Position numbers and translations under genes: made by a program
The notes under the pieces: model-generated
What the model was told of the DNA's origin: nothing
Seen by the model: the letters and a program-made list of their open reading frames with translations, nothing else
Database searches by the model: none
Assembly: GCA_010093815.1 (NCBI GenBank)
Contig: ML996565.1
Length of the DNA stretch: 64,000 bases
From: Pseudovirgaria hyperparasitica
Lineage: Eukaryota
Strand: one strand, 5' to 3'
Shown here: positions 50,201 to 63,139 of the stretch, one piece after another
Position numbering within the stretch: position 1 is the first letter of the stretch
Layout: every line of letters begins with the position of its first letter

Positions 50201-52948
50201 CGTGGTGGAAGTGAGGTATTAGCTTCAGGCACCGCAGGGGCTTGTCGAAGCGGTGTTGGCCTGCAATAGCAGCATGGAAGTGTCTAACGAGAAGCTGTAG
50301 TAAGGAAATGGAATAAGTGAAGGAAGCCTGGCCAGCAGAGCGTCCTGCGCCTGTATGATATGTGTATGCTTGAGGCCGTAGGGCGAAGTAAGAGATTAGG
50401 TTCGAGATCACAGCGCTGGAGAGCTGCAGAGCAGCGTGACTACAGTAAGAAAAAGGGAAGGAAAGAGAGTCTTGAGGGCCATAAAGGCAATGTGGAAAGG
50501 TCTGAAGCGTGAAGATGATAAAGCATGGCGCGAGAGGCGTTTCATGAGCGTGGCATGTTGGCAGTACGGTCACAGATGCCTGTCATTGGTGCTTGAGTAG
50601 CAGCACGCAAGGGCGGCGGCTAGGAATGAGAAGAGCAATAAGGCTATAAGACGCAGCAGCCCAGACGCTGGAATGGCAGCGTGGGCTGTAGCATAAGATG
50701 TAGTGAGAGAGAGCGAGACAAAAGACGACGAGCAGAACATCTCAGAAGATGTGGATTATTGAGTGATAAGTGCATATGAGTTTCGAGGTTTGATGCTGTG
50801 CCACCGGGACGCAGGCAGGTGTTGACTGAGCACACGGGAGAGTGTAAGAGCAAGGTTTAGGTGAGGCTGACTCATATACGCATCCGCTAGCTAGATAAGT
50901 AGTAGGTAATTACCTAGATAGACCTTAGTAGTATGTACCTAGCAGACTGAGTACGTTTTCTTTTCATTACTCATGATCCCGTTACGTATGGTCTGCTTAC
51001 ACGTTGTAGGAAGAGAAATAGTGTATGATCTTTCATGGTGATGCTTCAGCGCAAGGCAATCCAACCCATATACCTGTAACAATTGGAAAACAAGGCAGCC
51101 GAGGAGTTGCTATTTTAAAGGTTGCTCCTTCCGTTTACGGCGTATTGTTTCCGCTAGAGTCGCAGGCAGAGGCGGACCTGGGAGGCGGAGGAGGACGCTT
51201 TGAAGTTCGCTCCTTCCTTGCTCCTCTAGCGCATCACATGGCCTTGCTCAGCTCCAATCATAGGCCGCCTCTCTCCAGACTGTGTTGCTGCAACACAGCA
51301 GGCATTGCTAATAACAATAACTACTTCTGTGCTGTGTATGATTATTTCGATATTTTGATGTTATGATTCCACGTGTAGGTATATATAGTATGCATAGGGA
51401 GAGGGGGCAGGAGTAGTAGTACCTAGACCTTCTCAGACCCCTTCCATCATATACCTCTCTCTCTACCCAGGTCCTACTAACTAGTACATACCTAGGCGGC
51501 TCTAGGTCTGTAATCAATACCTGTCGTAGTCCTTAGCACCTTCAGGGCCGCCCCAGATCAGACAGACCTGCAGATGGACCAATCAAAAGACAGCCCCCAC
51601 CTTCCCATGTTGCCATTCACAATTGAAAACAGGCCAGTGCCCCCTTCCCCGTCAGACCGTCTCACTTTCCCCGAATCTCTCGTCCGCCCCTTCCCTCTTC
51701 TGATCTGCTCACATACAGGACAATCTCACGCTTCTTCTTGCCTAGAATAGCGACGTCCATCATCACCAGCAGTAGTAGCTGCCCGGCCTGCAACGCAACG
51801 ACGACGATAATAACATAAACAACCACAACAAGTACAACACTACGACACCACGACACTTGGGATTCTTGGACTATCCTCAGGTCACGAGGCTTGGACTCGA
51901 CACTCGACACCTCGAGGTAGGTAAGCGCTTCGTCTATTTTCACTAGTCCATCTTCCTTTTTTGCGCGCATACATATTACACAACAACTATACGCGATGCT
52001 AGGGCTGTTGGTACGTGCTGCTGCTCCAGAAGACACCTAGACAGAGCCATCCATCAGCGTCAGCATCAGCATCAGCATCGGCATCGGCATCTCACTCTTC
52101 TGCGGCCTGCTGCAACACTTTGTGCTGCTGCTGATCTCTGGAACATGGTTGCGCGTATTCTGCTAGCTTTCTTTGGTGGCTTTTGGGGGCTTCATGGCTC
52201 TAAGCTAGGAGGAATGAGAATGGATGGGACTGATGTGGTGGTTTGGGGCCTGTCGCAGGCTCTCTCTCCCCAATAACGGGGGCATAAGGACACACACCCA
52301 CACCCACAAAGGCGCCTCAAACTTCAAAGACGGCCTGCAATTCCCCCCCAAAAGACCCTTGAAGAAGTCAAGACGCTCGCTCCCTTGCCCTTTTCTCACC
52401 CCTTTCACCCCTCCCCCCCTCTTCTTCCTTCTCTGGTCCTTCCTTCCTTTGGCTCTGGCGCCGCCGTTCGCACCCGCCCTGTTTTTCTTCCCAAGGCGCC
52501 CCCCCCTTAGCGTACCTTCCCTCGCAGCTGCACCACCCAACCACTCCCACCTCCCCATGATTCTCTCTTCTTTGCGTTAAAGGCTTTCCCTTTCCATCCA
52601 TTCTTCACCTTACCTTTTTCAATCGCCCGCTCTAACCGTGCATCAGCTTCAGCATCAGCGTCAACATCAGCAACTGCATCTGCATTTGCATTTGCTGCTT
52701 CTCTACCGGAGCGTATTGCTCCTGTTGCAATCTCTGCTTCTCCACTTCCTTGCTTCCGCTTAACCTCCAGCTTTGCAAGTCCCGCTGCCGAGCTTCCGCC
52801 CAGTAAATCTCTACCCGCGCTCGCTGCAGCTGTCGCCCTCCGCCAAAGAGGAAATCTCCCCACACATCTCAGCAGCCACAAAGAGTAAGGCCCAGCGGCA
52901 ACCCGAATCGACATCACCGTAACCTCTTTTGATTCTTGCTCAGCAACC

Positions 52949-53779
52949 ATGACTGAGATTCAGGAACACGATCCCAACGCGTCGCCCTCTGGTGTTGACG
53001 ACTCCATCGTGAGCAATGGCAACGGCCTCGACGCCAACCGTGGAACAAAGCGACCTCGTCCTGCCCAGGATGACGATGACGACGATGATGACAAGCCTGG
53101 TCGCGAGAGAAGAAAGATTGAGATCAAGTTTATACAGGATAAATCGCGTCGACACATCACCTTCTCCAAACGGAAGGCTGGTATTATGAAAAAGGTATGT
53201 ATGTATCAGCTTCCTTCCCATAGCGCGCATCGCGACTCGGCGCGTCGCATCGCATCCGCAGATGCCAAACGACCAATTGCTAATTGAACACACCCAGGCA
53301 TACGAACTTTCTGTCCTTACCGGCACCCAAGTCCTCCTTCTCGTCGTCTCTGAAACGGGTCTCGTCTATACCTTCACAACCCCAAAACTTCAGCCTCTAG
53401 TCACGAAGCCAGAGGGCAAGAACCTTATTCAAGTATGTCTAACCATCATTACTCTTGCGCCGTCGCGGAAATATCTAACAGTCTTCAGGCCTGCCTGAAC
53501 GCCCCCGAACCTGCCAGCGCCGACTCGAACGGCGTCGACGGTGACCAAGGCGTCGACTCCCCTGAAGACAATACACATGCTCAGATGCCACAGGGTCAGC
53601 CGCGCGGTATGCCTCAGCAACAAGGCATGCCCGCTGCTTATATGACACCGGAGCAGCATCTGCAATATCAGACTTATCTCCAGCAGCAACAAGCTAGCGG
53701 TCATGGTTATATGCCGCAACAGGGTAGGATGCCCACACACCCACAGCACTCATATCCACCTGATCAGAAGCTGAGCTGA
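52949..53779 (+). CDS. MCM1: SRF-type MADS-box transcription factor Mcm1 (223 aa; exons 52949-53194, 53298-53432, 53489-53779)
   Basis: ERRKIEIKFIQDKSRRHITFSKRKAGIMKK|AYELSVLTGTQVLLLVVSETGLVYTFTTPKLQPLV...IQ|ACLNAP; Q-rich tail; in-frame canonical introns. Confidence 0.97.
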
Positions 53780-55940
53780 GTTTGAGGTTAATAATGCGAT
53801 CCTGTCAATCATACCACCCAGGCGGTACCGATTGGTGGTGTTCTTGTCGCCGCCGCTGATCCTCACGTTACGATATTGCGACTGCAAATTGAAAAGAATT
53901 GGGCATCAGATACGAAAATGCCTGACTTAAACCTATGATGATATGTTGAAAAGTATGATGGATTGGACTGTACGCAGGCACTTTGGTTCGTCGTGATGGT
54001 TATTGGAGGTCCATGGAGACAGTGCAGGATGCTACTGGTGCTATGGATCCCTTCTTTCGGGCGCAAAACTTGACTTATCTAGTTCTCTGGGCAGGTTGAT
54101 GCTAATACACATCAGACTGGTGCTCAGACCGGTGTTCATCGGAGTACAACACAGGTCTGGGTTCGTGCTCGCACCGTGTGCATACTATTGGTGGAGGTTT
54201 TCGCTTTTCATGTCCACCCACCTCATCATGTACCTTCACGCACTTCCGCTTCCCCTCTTGTCATGGTTCGCTTCATTTCCCACCTGGTCGGTCGCACTCA
54301 AAGATAACCCCCTAAAGACATGTTCTCGGAATGGCACTGTAAATCTTCGCTCTTCTGCAAATCCACAAAGTCACAAAATTTGAAATAACATGTCTCTGTA
54401 CCCCTCAATCCAGTCAACCGTACAGCCCTCTGCTTAAAGGGGGATGACTGCCTCATCTCTAGGTGTCGTTTGTACCACTGGTAGGGTGACACAGTAGTTG
54501 TTCGTATGTCTGAAAGCGGTCATAGGGCTAGCCATTTGAAGTATGGTACTGCCAAACGTGTCTCACCAGATTGGGGTACCATGCAGGCCGTACTTGAAAA
54601 ATCCGATGGCTTGATACAGTGGGGAGGTAGATTCATGGCGAGAATTTCAAGCCATGGGTCGTGAGAAGACGAGCTAATTAGTGCCAAGGGTTGATAAGTA
54701 GTAGACGCGAGGCTGCCCAGGCAAAATGAACAGATGTTGTGCGTGCGGAGATTCATGGCCATATTTAGTTAGAGATACATGGTGTACCTAGCGCACGTGT
54801 AACAGGGTAGATTGCCTTGCCGGCAGAGAGGCATGCATAGACCCATGCGTAGATGCTCTAGAAGGAAAGGTAAGATCATGTTGTAATGAAGGTCTCATTC
54901 TTACAATGGTCTAGATGTGAGTGAGTCCCTAGCAGACACTAGTAGACACAGATGATCCTATCACCGTCTCCTTTCTAGTGCAGGCTATTCTTTCTTGATA
55001 CATTATCATTAGGCATATTCTAAGCTCGTTTATGATTGGATACTACTTTTCTAGTTATATTCTACACCTAGCATATACATATATATACCCGTAGCTACTA
55101 GAAACTTAGGCTAATATATTAATATATTAGGCATAAAATGTTGATAATAATCATAGACCTTACTTTGTCTGGACTCAGAGTTAACCACATTGTGCCTAGT
55201 ATACTAGTCTCATAACTGGAAAGATGTATAAGGTTTTAAAATCTCGAGAGTACCTTCACGTGTCAATGGCACAACTACCTCTTTATGTGTAAAGACTACC
55301 GCTAGGATTCCTCTTCGTCCGGCCTTATACTTTGCTTCTCTGGTAGAGCAAGTCTGTTACCACGGTGTCGTACTCGAATTGTCCGATCGGTAAACTTGTC
55401 CAATCGGACCACGGCCAGGCCACTTGATAGCTCTACAGACCTGATGGTGGCTGGCTCGGCATGCAGCTGAGCTGCACCTGATAGCGGAGTGTTCTGATGG
55501 GGGCAACTCTGAGTTCTCGTCGTCAAGACATAGAGATGCATAGACCTTGTTTCAGGTCTTTCGTTTCTTGCAATACAGGTCCCTTACATCGAGCCTGAGT
55601 CTTGCTCAGCGAGACATATACAACGTCTCCCGGTGAGATGTGCTTGTGGGATAATCTGGACCGACTTCCGTTATCAGATAAGACAATGGGCGCGTCGCGA
55701 GTGCTTCGGAAGCAGTGCTGTGCTGCATATATTGTCCGGAGAACCGTCTGCTTCGTGCCCGTTAGGCGTCACTAGACTCACTAATATTATGCAGACGGAT
55801 TGCTTTATTATACTAAAGGCATCCCTCCCGATTAAAGAGCCCTTCCTTCCCTAATTTTCGCGCTCCTGGCGGGCTGCATATGCACATCGTTACTACCGAT
55901 CTGACGATTCTGGACGCTGCCCTCCTCTGCGCAGGCCGGT

Positions 55941-57674
55941 ATGGACAACATCAAACAAGCACCTCCGTTGGTCAACTGTTCTGATGGCGGAGTCGACATG
56001 GAAAAGCCTTACCTTGACGCCGACGCCCTCAAGTTAGCTAGTATGGGCTACACGCAAGATATGAAACGTAACTTCAGCGTATGGTCCGTCCTAGGCGTCG
56101 GTTTCTCTCTCACAAACTCCTGGTTTGGCATCTCTGCGGCACTTGTCACAGGAATTAACTCAGGCGGTCCACTACTCCCAATCTATGGCATCATTATTGT
56201 TACACTGATCAGCACGTGTGTGGGCATCAGTCTGAGTGAGTTGGCTAGTGCGTATCCCAATGCCGGCGGCCAATACTTTTGGGCAAACGAGTTGGCGAGC
56301 CCGAAATGGGCGAACTTTGCGAGTTATGCGACTGGTTGGGCCGCCTGGGTCGGAAGTATCTTCACGAGTGCCAGTGTGAATCTGGCAGTCGGAAGTGCAT
56401 TGGTGGGATGCTGGCAGTTGTCCCATCCGGACTTGTGAGTACGACTCCGTCCAAGCAAAACACCCTTGCCGGATTAGCCATGAGACCGACTAACACACGT
56501 CCAGCGTCATTCTCCCCTGGCATGTCTTTGTGGCGTACCAATGCGTGAATCTTTTCGCCTACATCTTCAATTGCTACGGCAAGACTCTACCCATTGTTGC
56601 ATCCATGGCTCTGTATACCTCTCTCATATCCTTTGCCGTGATCCTCATCACGGTGCCCGCTGTTGCACCGACCCATCAAACTGCCAAGTTCGTCTTCGCC
56701 ACCTTCATCAACAACACAGGCTGGTCGCAGAACGGCATAGCGTTCATTGTCGGTCTGGTGAACGTGAACTGGGCTTTTGCCTGCCTTGACTGTGCGACAC
56801 ACTTGGCGGAAGAAGTCCATCGACCAGAGAAAATGATCCCAATTGCCATCATGGGCACTGTAGGCATCGGCTTCGTGACAAGCTGGTTCTTCAGCATATC
56901 CATGTTCTTCAGCATCGTCGGCGATTTCTCACTGCTGACAGGTACAACCACGCTAGTACCGATTCTTGAGCTGTTCTACCAGGCAATGAGCAACAAAGCA
57001 GGTGCGATCGTGCTCGAGAGCTTGATCATTGCTACAGGTATCGGGTGTGAGATTGCGAGTCATACTTGGCAGAGCCGGCTATGCTGGAGTTTTGCCCGGG
57101 ATAGGGGCTTGCCAGGACATCGTTATTTGAGCCGTGTGCACCCTGGATCAGATGTACCCTTATACGCGCATACCGTGTCATGTCTCCTTGTCGCAATTGT
57201 TGGTTGTTTATATCTAGGCTCCTATACGGCGTTCAACAGGTATGCTATCTCTTTGGCCCATGACTCCCGCAGATAAATCGACTGACCCACCCCTCTAGCA
57301 TGGTAACAGCATGTATAGTTCTCCTCTACATCTCATACTCCATCCCAGTTGCCTGTCTACTACTTCGCGGCCGCAGCACCATCAAGCCTGGCCCTTTCTG
57401 GCTGGGACCCATCGGACTGTTCGCCAATATCGTCCTGCTCGCCTGGAGTGTGTTCACCATCATCATGTACTCGTTCCCGTACGCGATGCCAGTCGCTGCG
57501 AGTAACATGAACTACGTCAGTGCCGTATATGCGGTTGTAGCCATCATCATGAGCGTGGACTGGTTTGTGCGCGGGAAGAAGAGCTATCGAAGCCAGAGCA
57601 CGCGGAGAGCGGAGGTGGAGGTGTTGATTGGCAGGGAGGGCAGTGTTGCGGATGTGAAGGATGTTGCACATTGA
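55941..57674 (+). CDS. APC-superfamily choline/amino-acid permease, Hnm1-like (534 aa; exons 55941-56434, 56505-57239, 57299-57674)
   Basis: GFSLTNSWFGIS, ELASAYPNAGGQYFW, LDCATHLAEE, WQSRLCWSFARDRGLP, MNYVS; many TM segments; the spliced frame is open. Confidence 0.9.
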
Positions 57675-58506
57675 GCTTTGTGGCTGAATACGGATTATGA
57701 TCCCCCGATACGACGAGATGAGGTGTCTTTGACCGAGTCTTGAGATTTCTCTGGAGCGTTCTCATTTGACAATAACGCAAGAAGTTTTTGCACTAGCAGA
57801 GTGTCAAAAGTATACAATTTACCACATCTAGCCATCCATCGAGGGCTTTCTCTCGAGTATCACGTCGCACTCGTCGACGTGAAGATACGACGTTTGGATG
57901 CAAGGTAGACAGACTTAGGGAGAGATTTCACCAATATGAACACGCCGACGAAGGGGGATATGTATGTTTATACACGTAGCCGTTTGAGGGGTTTTCTATC
58001 CCCACTAGATCGTTCAGTCCTTTCAAGGATGTATTGAGATGTAGGGCAACATAGCAGGGTGCCAGATTTCAGGGGTAGGTGGCAAGCGCGAAGTGGTCCG
58101 CGGCTAGGAACGCAAGCCAAGCCTGATAATTGATGCCCTTGTGTCAATATCTGGCTACAGGCATCGGCTCTATGAGCGTTAGGAATTCCAGAGTTTCGAA
58201 TGATCTTTTCGTGACGTACATCATATTCTGTCGATGTGGGATTAAAGTAACCCTGGAATATGACTATCAAGATCAACATGGTCTATACAGAGTCATATGA
58301 GACGCGACCTGGAGAGATAGACTACCATGCTGCCATTCCGACGAATTTCCTGGATAGGAGACAGATGGCCAGTCAATGAACCCGGTACACTTCACATATG
58401 CTACTGGTCAACATGCAAAACCATCATCTGTCGAGGAAACACATCTTGAGCCGTCCTGGCTACACCTCATTATAGTCATTATTTATCCATAAATTCATCA
58501 ACACGC

Positions 58507-60925
58507 CTACTCCGCCTTCTCTATTTTCGGCACAGGGGGCCGCATGAACATCTTCTTGATACTCTCCTGCCCCTCATCGCCTGCAGCAAACATGCCCCGC
58601 TTTCTCTTCGCGCCTAGTCGTACAGCGCCCTCGAGTCTGAATTTCACCCCGCTGACTGCATCCTTGGCTAACATGCGCGCCATGTCTGTCGCGCCACTGT
58701 CTCGGATGCAGCTCTCGATGGTCCGAAGACGCTGGGCGAGAGCGTCAACGTCATTGTTGAAGCGCGTTACGTTGGGATCTTTTGTCAGAGAGGGTGTTGA
58801 ATCACCCGGAAGTCCTGGCGCAGATGCTGATAGCGGGAGACCGAAGCCGACGTCAATGGCAACGTCCAATAGAGTCATGGATGCGGTGAGGGTGGAGTAG
58901 TCTGTTGTGTCATCGATGGCAGTGTAAAGTGAGTTAGTCGAGAGGCAGGTCATGACGTCTTTCGCAACGGAAGCCGAGAGAAGATGTGCTACGCCCGGGA
59001 TGGGAGTATTGAGGAAGAAAGAAAGCGCAAGGGCTCGTTTGAAGGTTTGCTGGGCAGGAGAGAGCGCGGGCAGAGCAGTTATGAGGGTAGCTTGGAGGGT
59101 GACAGACTTGAGAGCGCACGGTAGGGATGATGTGAGGGCGGAAATATCGGTATCCAAAGTCGAGGACAACGAGGAGGAGTCAATCAAGGAACCGAGAGTA
59201 GAACGAAGCAGGGTGAAAGTGGCAGCAGATGAAAGGACTGAGGAGTCGTAGAGCATTCGGACGAGGATGAATAGAGTATATGACCGTGTTTCTTGCGTGA
59301 GGCTAGGAATCGTCAGCGGAGCGCGTGGGAAAAGTTAGTATACCCACAGAGACGCAGCTTGCTTGAAAAGGGTGAGAAGAGGGAGAAGTCCAGGGGGTAG
59401 CGGTACTTGAACACCTGTGGCGATTAGCTTGCGCAGCCCAGAAATATCCTAGACATACTTCGTGGTACTTCCTTGCTTGGTTGCATCACCATACGGATAT
59501 CCAGAGCTTCAGACTTGGACTTCAAGCTGGCGAATAGGTCTTTGATACGATCGATAGTAAGGAGATCGCGAAGTTGTATTTCAGACTCCTGTTGGAGGAT
59601 TAGTGCCCTGACTGAGGGTGCGCGCACGAGTCAATACGTACACGGAGAACTCGCACGTAGGCTTCTTGAAGGTCAGTATCCGCGTTGGAGCATACTTCGA
59701 ATCGGTTAGCGCTGGACGAGCTGACTTTCGACACCCACTCACGGTCATACAATATCCAGAGCAAGACCTCATTTGGCAACTCTTGCATTCCAGCCCATGT
59801 AGAGACGAAACCAGACAAGAATAGGTCTCGTCGCGAACTTAATGCTATTTTTGCGTCAGTAATAACAGATGTCGGTGTTGATCGACTTACAGGTCATTGA
59901 TGGCGAAGTCCAGACCTGTGACAGATGATTCGATGGGAACGAAGGCGCTTGTTTAGGCTTCTCGTCTAGAAAGAAGTGCCACACCGTGTCCAGGTGCAGC
60001 GCATCTGTTCGTTGTACGGCCTGAAGGACTTTATGTGCCTTTTCTTCACCACCATCATCCTCTCCCAGGGAGGTGACAAATATGTTCTCGTTCATAGTCG
60101 CTTCGTCTTCGTTTGACTGGGAGTCCTCTTTTTTCCCTAACATGATCTTTGCTTCCTTGATCTGCGCGTCAACAGCGACACTCTCTTTCTTGTCATCGAT
60201 CAGTGCCCGCAAAGCATCTCGGAAATTTGTTCGTGGAGGCGTTCCACGGCGTACGAGAGCCGGAGTCGACTGAGACCATGGATCAATCGAGTTCTTCAGG
60301 TTACGTTTATTGACTGTGATGAAGGCGCTCACGTCCTCGAGTTCCGAGTCCGAATCGTCCAAGCCTTCTGAATCAGAGTCTTGAATCATTTCTTTGCCAT
60401 CTCTCACATACCGCAGACCTACTGGAGCGGGCGTTGTAGTCCTTCCCATAGGTGAGACTGGTATAGGGCTCGACATGAAGACCTCCTCAGGGCTCGACGG
60501 AAGCGAGACGACTTCCACTGACTGGCAATCATGGCTAGGGATTCTTTCAGACCGTCTCTGCCGTATGGCTGTGCTATTCGGTACCTTGTTCAAGCTCTGT
60601 ATGTCATGATCATTCATAGCAGCAGTTATAGACGGTGTCGCGGTTGGCGATGGATCTTGTCGAGTGGAGCCGGATGCACTCTGGTCTCGCCCTCGTCGGG
60701 GAGGAATTGGACTTGGCCATGTACGCTCGGAGCTCTGTCTATCTATCTTCTCCGATTCTTGTCAGGTTTATGATTCCACAATAGAGAGGCAAATCACCCA
60801 GACCAGGTAGATTCCTGAGGAAGCGTACCTATGGCATTGGCGGGGGACGTTTGCGAAACAGGCCGAGGCTTGAAAAAGTCTTTAATGTCGCGATTGTTCT
60901 TCGGGGGCTTGGTGACGGGAGCCAT
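58507..60925 (-). CDS. Multi-exon uncharacterised protein, possibly Nse6/SLF2 (CANIN-domain)-like; internal exon boundaries not resolved
   Basis: Chain of minus-strand ORFs (60925-60794, 60617-59856, 59818-59424 pieces, 59256-58507) separated by GTAAGT/GTGAGT/GTATAC donors. Disordered S/P/D-rich N-terminus, helical C-terminal half. Confidence refers to the gene; the family call is much weaker. Confidence 0.78.
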
Positions 60926-63139
60926 CGTTGCTACATGGTCAAAAGTGCCAGAGGCTGATTGTATGAAATCCAGAATCAGACCCACAAAAGTTCTGGGCAC
61001 ATAACATTAGGTTAGCAGTGGCAGTGAGAATGACGATGCGACGCGTAGGAACTGAAGCATATTCAACGCGAAACGCGATTCCACGTGCCACGTGGTATCC
61101 GCAAAATATCCGCTAGTGTTTAGTGGTTCCATCCGTCTGTGTTGGAACCAAGAGATGATTGATGGCAAATGGCATGACCGTCTGTTACTTGTTGCTATTC
61201 CATATCCATCCTCGAACATCGGCGTCGAAAATGAAGACAGGAATCTGTCAATTAAGTCGTAATGAATCATTAGTGAAAAGATGTTTTCCCGTCTGAACCG
61301 TTCAAAATGGAACCTCTGGGCAAGCACCCAAAGCTCGGCCAAGTCTTGTCTGGTAACATGCCGCAATGGACGTGCAACGGCACGGACTACGTTCGCCTGT
61401 CCTTTTCCAAGGTTGCTTGATGAATCGCGCCGCTATTACTAATTAATGAATAGTATATAGGATAGACCACTACACAGTATGAAAGTGGAGCTACGTATCC
61501 CATCCCGATACACGTTTCTTTTGTATCAACTCCATGACTTCATGCTTACAGCTCACAGGACAAGTAGGCTCCACACGACGTGCTTCATGAGTTTCAGCCT
61601 GTGTCCAGTCGTGACATCGCCTGAGTACAAGTGGTCCTTTGTACACGACCACATTAGACTCGGAGGATGTCATGTCAATGCAAACATACTGGACATCTCC
61701 CATAAGCTGCAAGGGCAGCTGCATCGAATGTGTAGTTGGCCAGGTTGATTACCTGTCTGTCCTGGTTTGCGGGAGCTGATCAGTCTTCTCAAATTCTGGT
61801 ATTATGTCAGAGAGCAAAGTTTTCACATAACGATATGCTTGACAGCTAATTACTGGATCGGAATTATGATTGTCGTTCATCACTTTGAGATGGCACAGGA
61901 TCTAAATTTATGATCAGCCAAAGGATGAACCAGGGTCTGACTAATTAGCTAGAGACGAGACTGACACAGCTCGTGTTGGCTGATGAACCTGATCCTCGCA
62001 CATGAAAATCCAGGCAGACTAGCGACGTAGCCCGCAAAGCCTGCTCTACTAGTGATGTTGGTCCTAGGTAAGACGTTTATCGAGCTGACTGTTGCTCAGG
62101 AAGTTCTTTGGACCGGTTGCGAGCGTCAGAAGTGAATGAAGAGATGTGACAAGGATGTTGGTTGCAAGTGACGCCGGACGCCCCACAAAGAAGGGAAAGC
62201 AAAGTTACCGATGCCGAACGTCGCAGCAGACAGCGGAGACGGAGAGACGAGGGCAGTGTGCGGTTGCTGGCCAGGTGCAGATAGATGCAGGTGCAGATGC
62301 AGTACGGACAAGGTGGAATTCGAAAATGCCACCTATTATTGACCATAAATCCAGTGACATAGGAGAGCGTCGTTGGACACGTAGATGATAAGAACAACAA
62401 TTAATTGTGCGTATTGTAGAGGGCTGAACACTGAATGCTGAATGCTGAATACTGTTATGTCCGAGAAGGCTGACATGGTTCGTAAGCATCAACCTACTTG
62501 AGGCTCCACTGACACTACCTACCTAACTATTACCTGCTAATACCTACTAATACCTACCTACTGTGGACACCTGCGCAACCGAAACCGACCACTCAATCAC
62601 TCCTGACGGCTCCATCCACCACCAAAAAAAGCCCCCAAGCCCCGTCGGGTGCCCCAAGCCCGGGTCAGCTTCTGTCGACCGATACACGACCGAGTATCCC
62701 ATACCCCGTTCCAACATCTCTGTAATCTCGACAACGCCCCAAAACTTTCTTCCTCTACACCTACCTTTGTCGCCGTCGTCATCGTGCGCTCCCATTCAAT
62801 CACTTCCTCTCCTTGCGACGACGCGATTGTCGCTCGCCGTCTCTCCCAACCGTGGCCACCTCTCATACCTACTACCACTAATACGTACATAACCTTTCGA
62901 CCAGCCCGCCCCTGGTCCCTCCACGGTCCACCTAGCCGAAATAATTCGCCCGTACACATCTGTTCGCCCAACACGTCCATTCCGCCCTTCTCGGCATCCC
63001 TGAATGCCTTCATAAGAGCTTCTACAATTCCTACCGCCATAAAACTGGCCATCTAAGAGTAGCCCTACTCAATCCGGCCGAGGCCGGCGGTCTCTGTTGA
63101 CTATACACGGGCCTGTGTTTATCGTTGGAAAGCTACGCC

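Noticed and set aside
52205..52950. ORFs upstream of MCM1
   Set aside because: Low-complexity translations of pyrimidine tracts and hexamer repeats typical of a promoter or 5' UTR.
44014..60773. Overlapping or antisense ORFs over real genes (e.g. 44014-44718, 46209-46691, 58544-58900)
   Set aside because: Shadow frames of recognisable spliced genes, with no motifs of their own.
61007..63100. Short ORFs between the minus-strand gene and the flippase
   Set aside because: No recognisable domains or consistent splice structure; treated as divergent promoter/UTR, though a small gene cannot be excluded.
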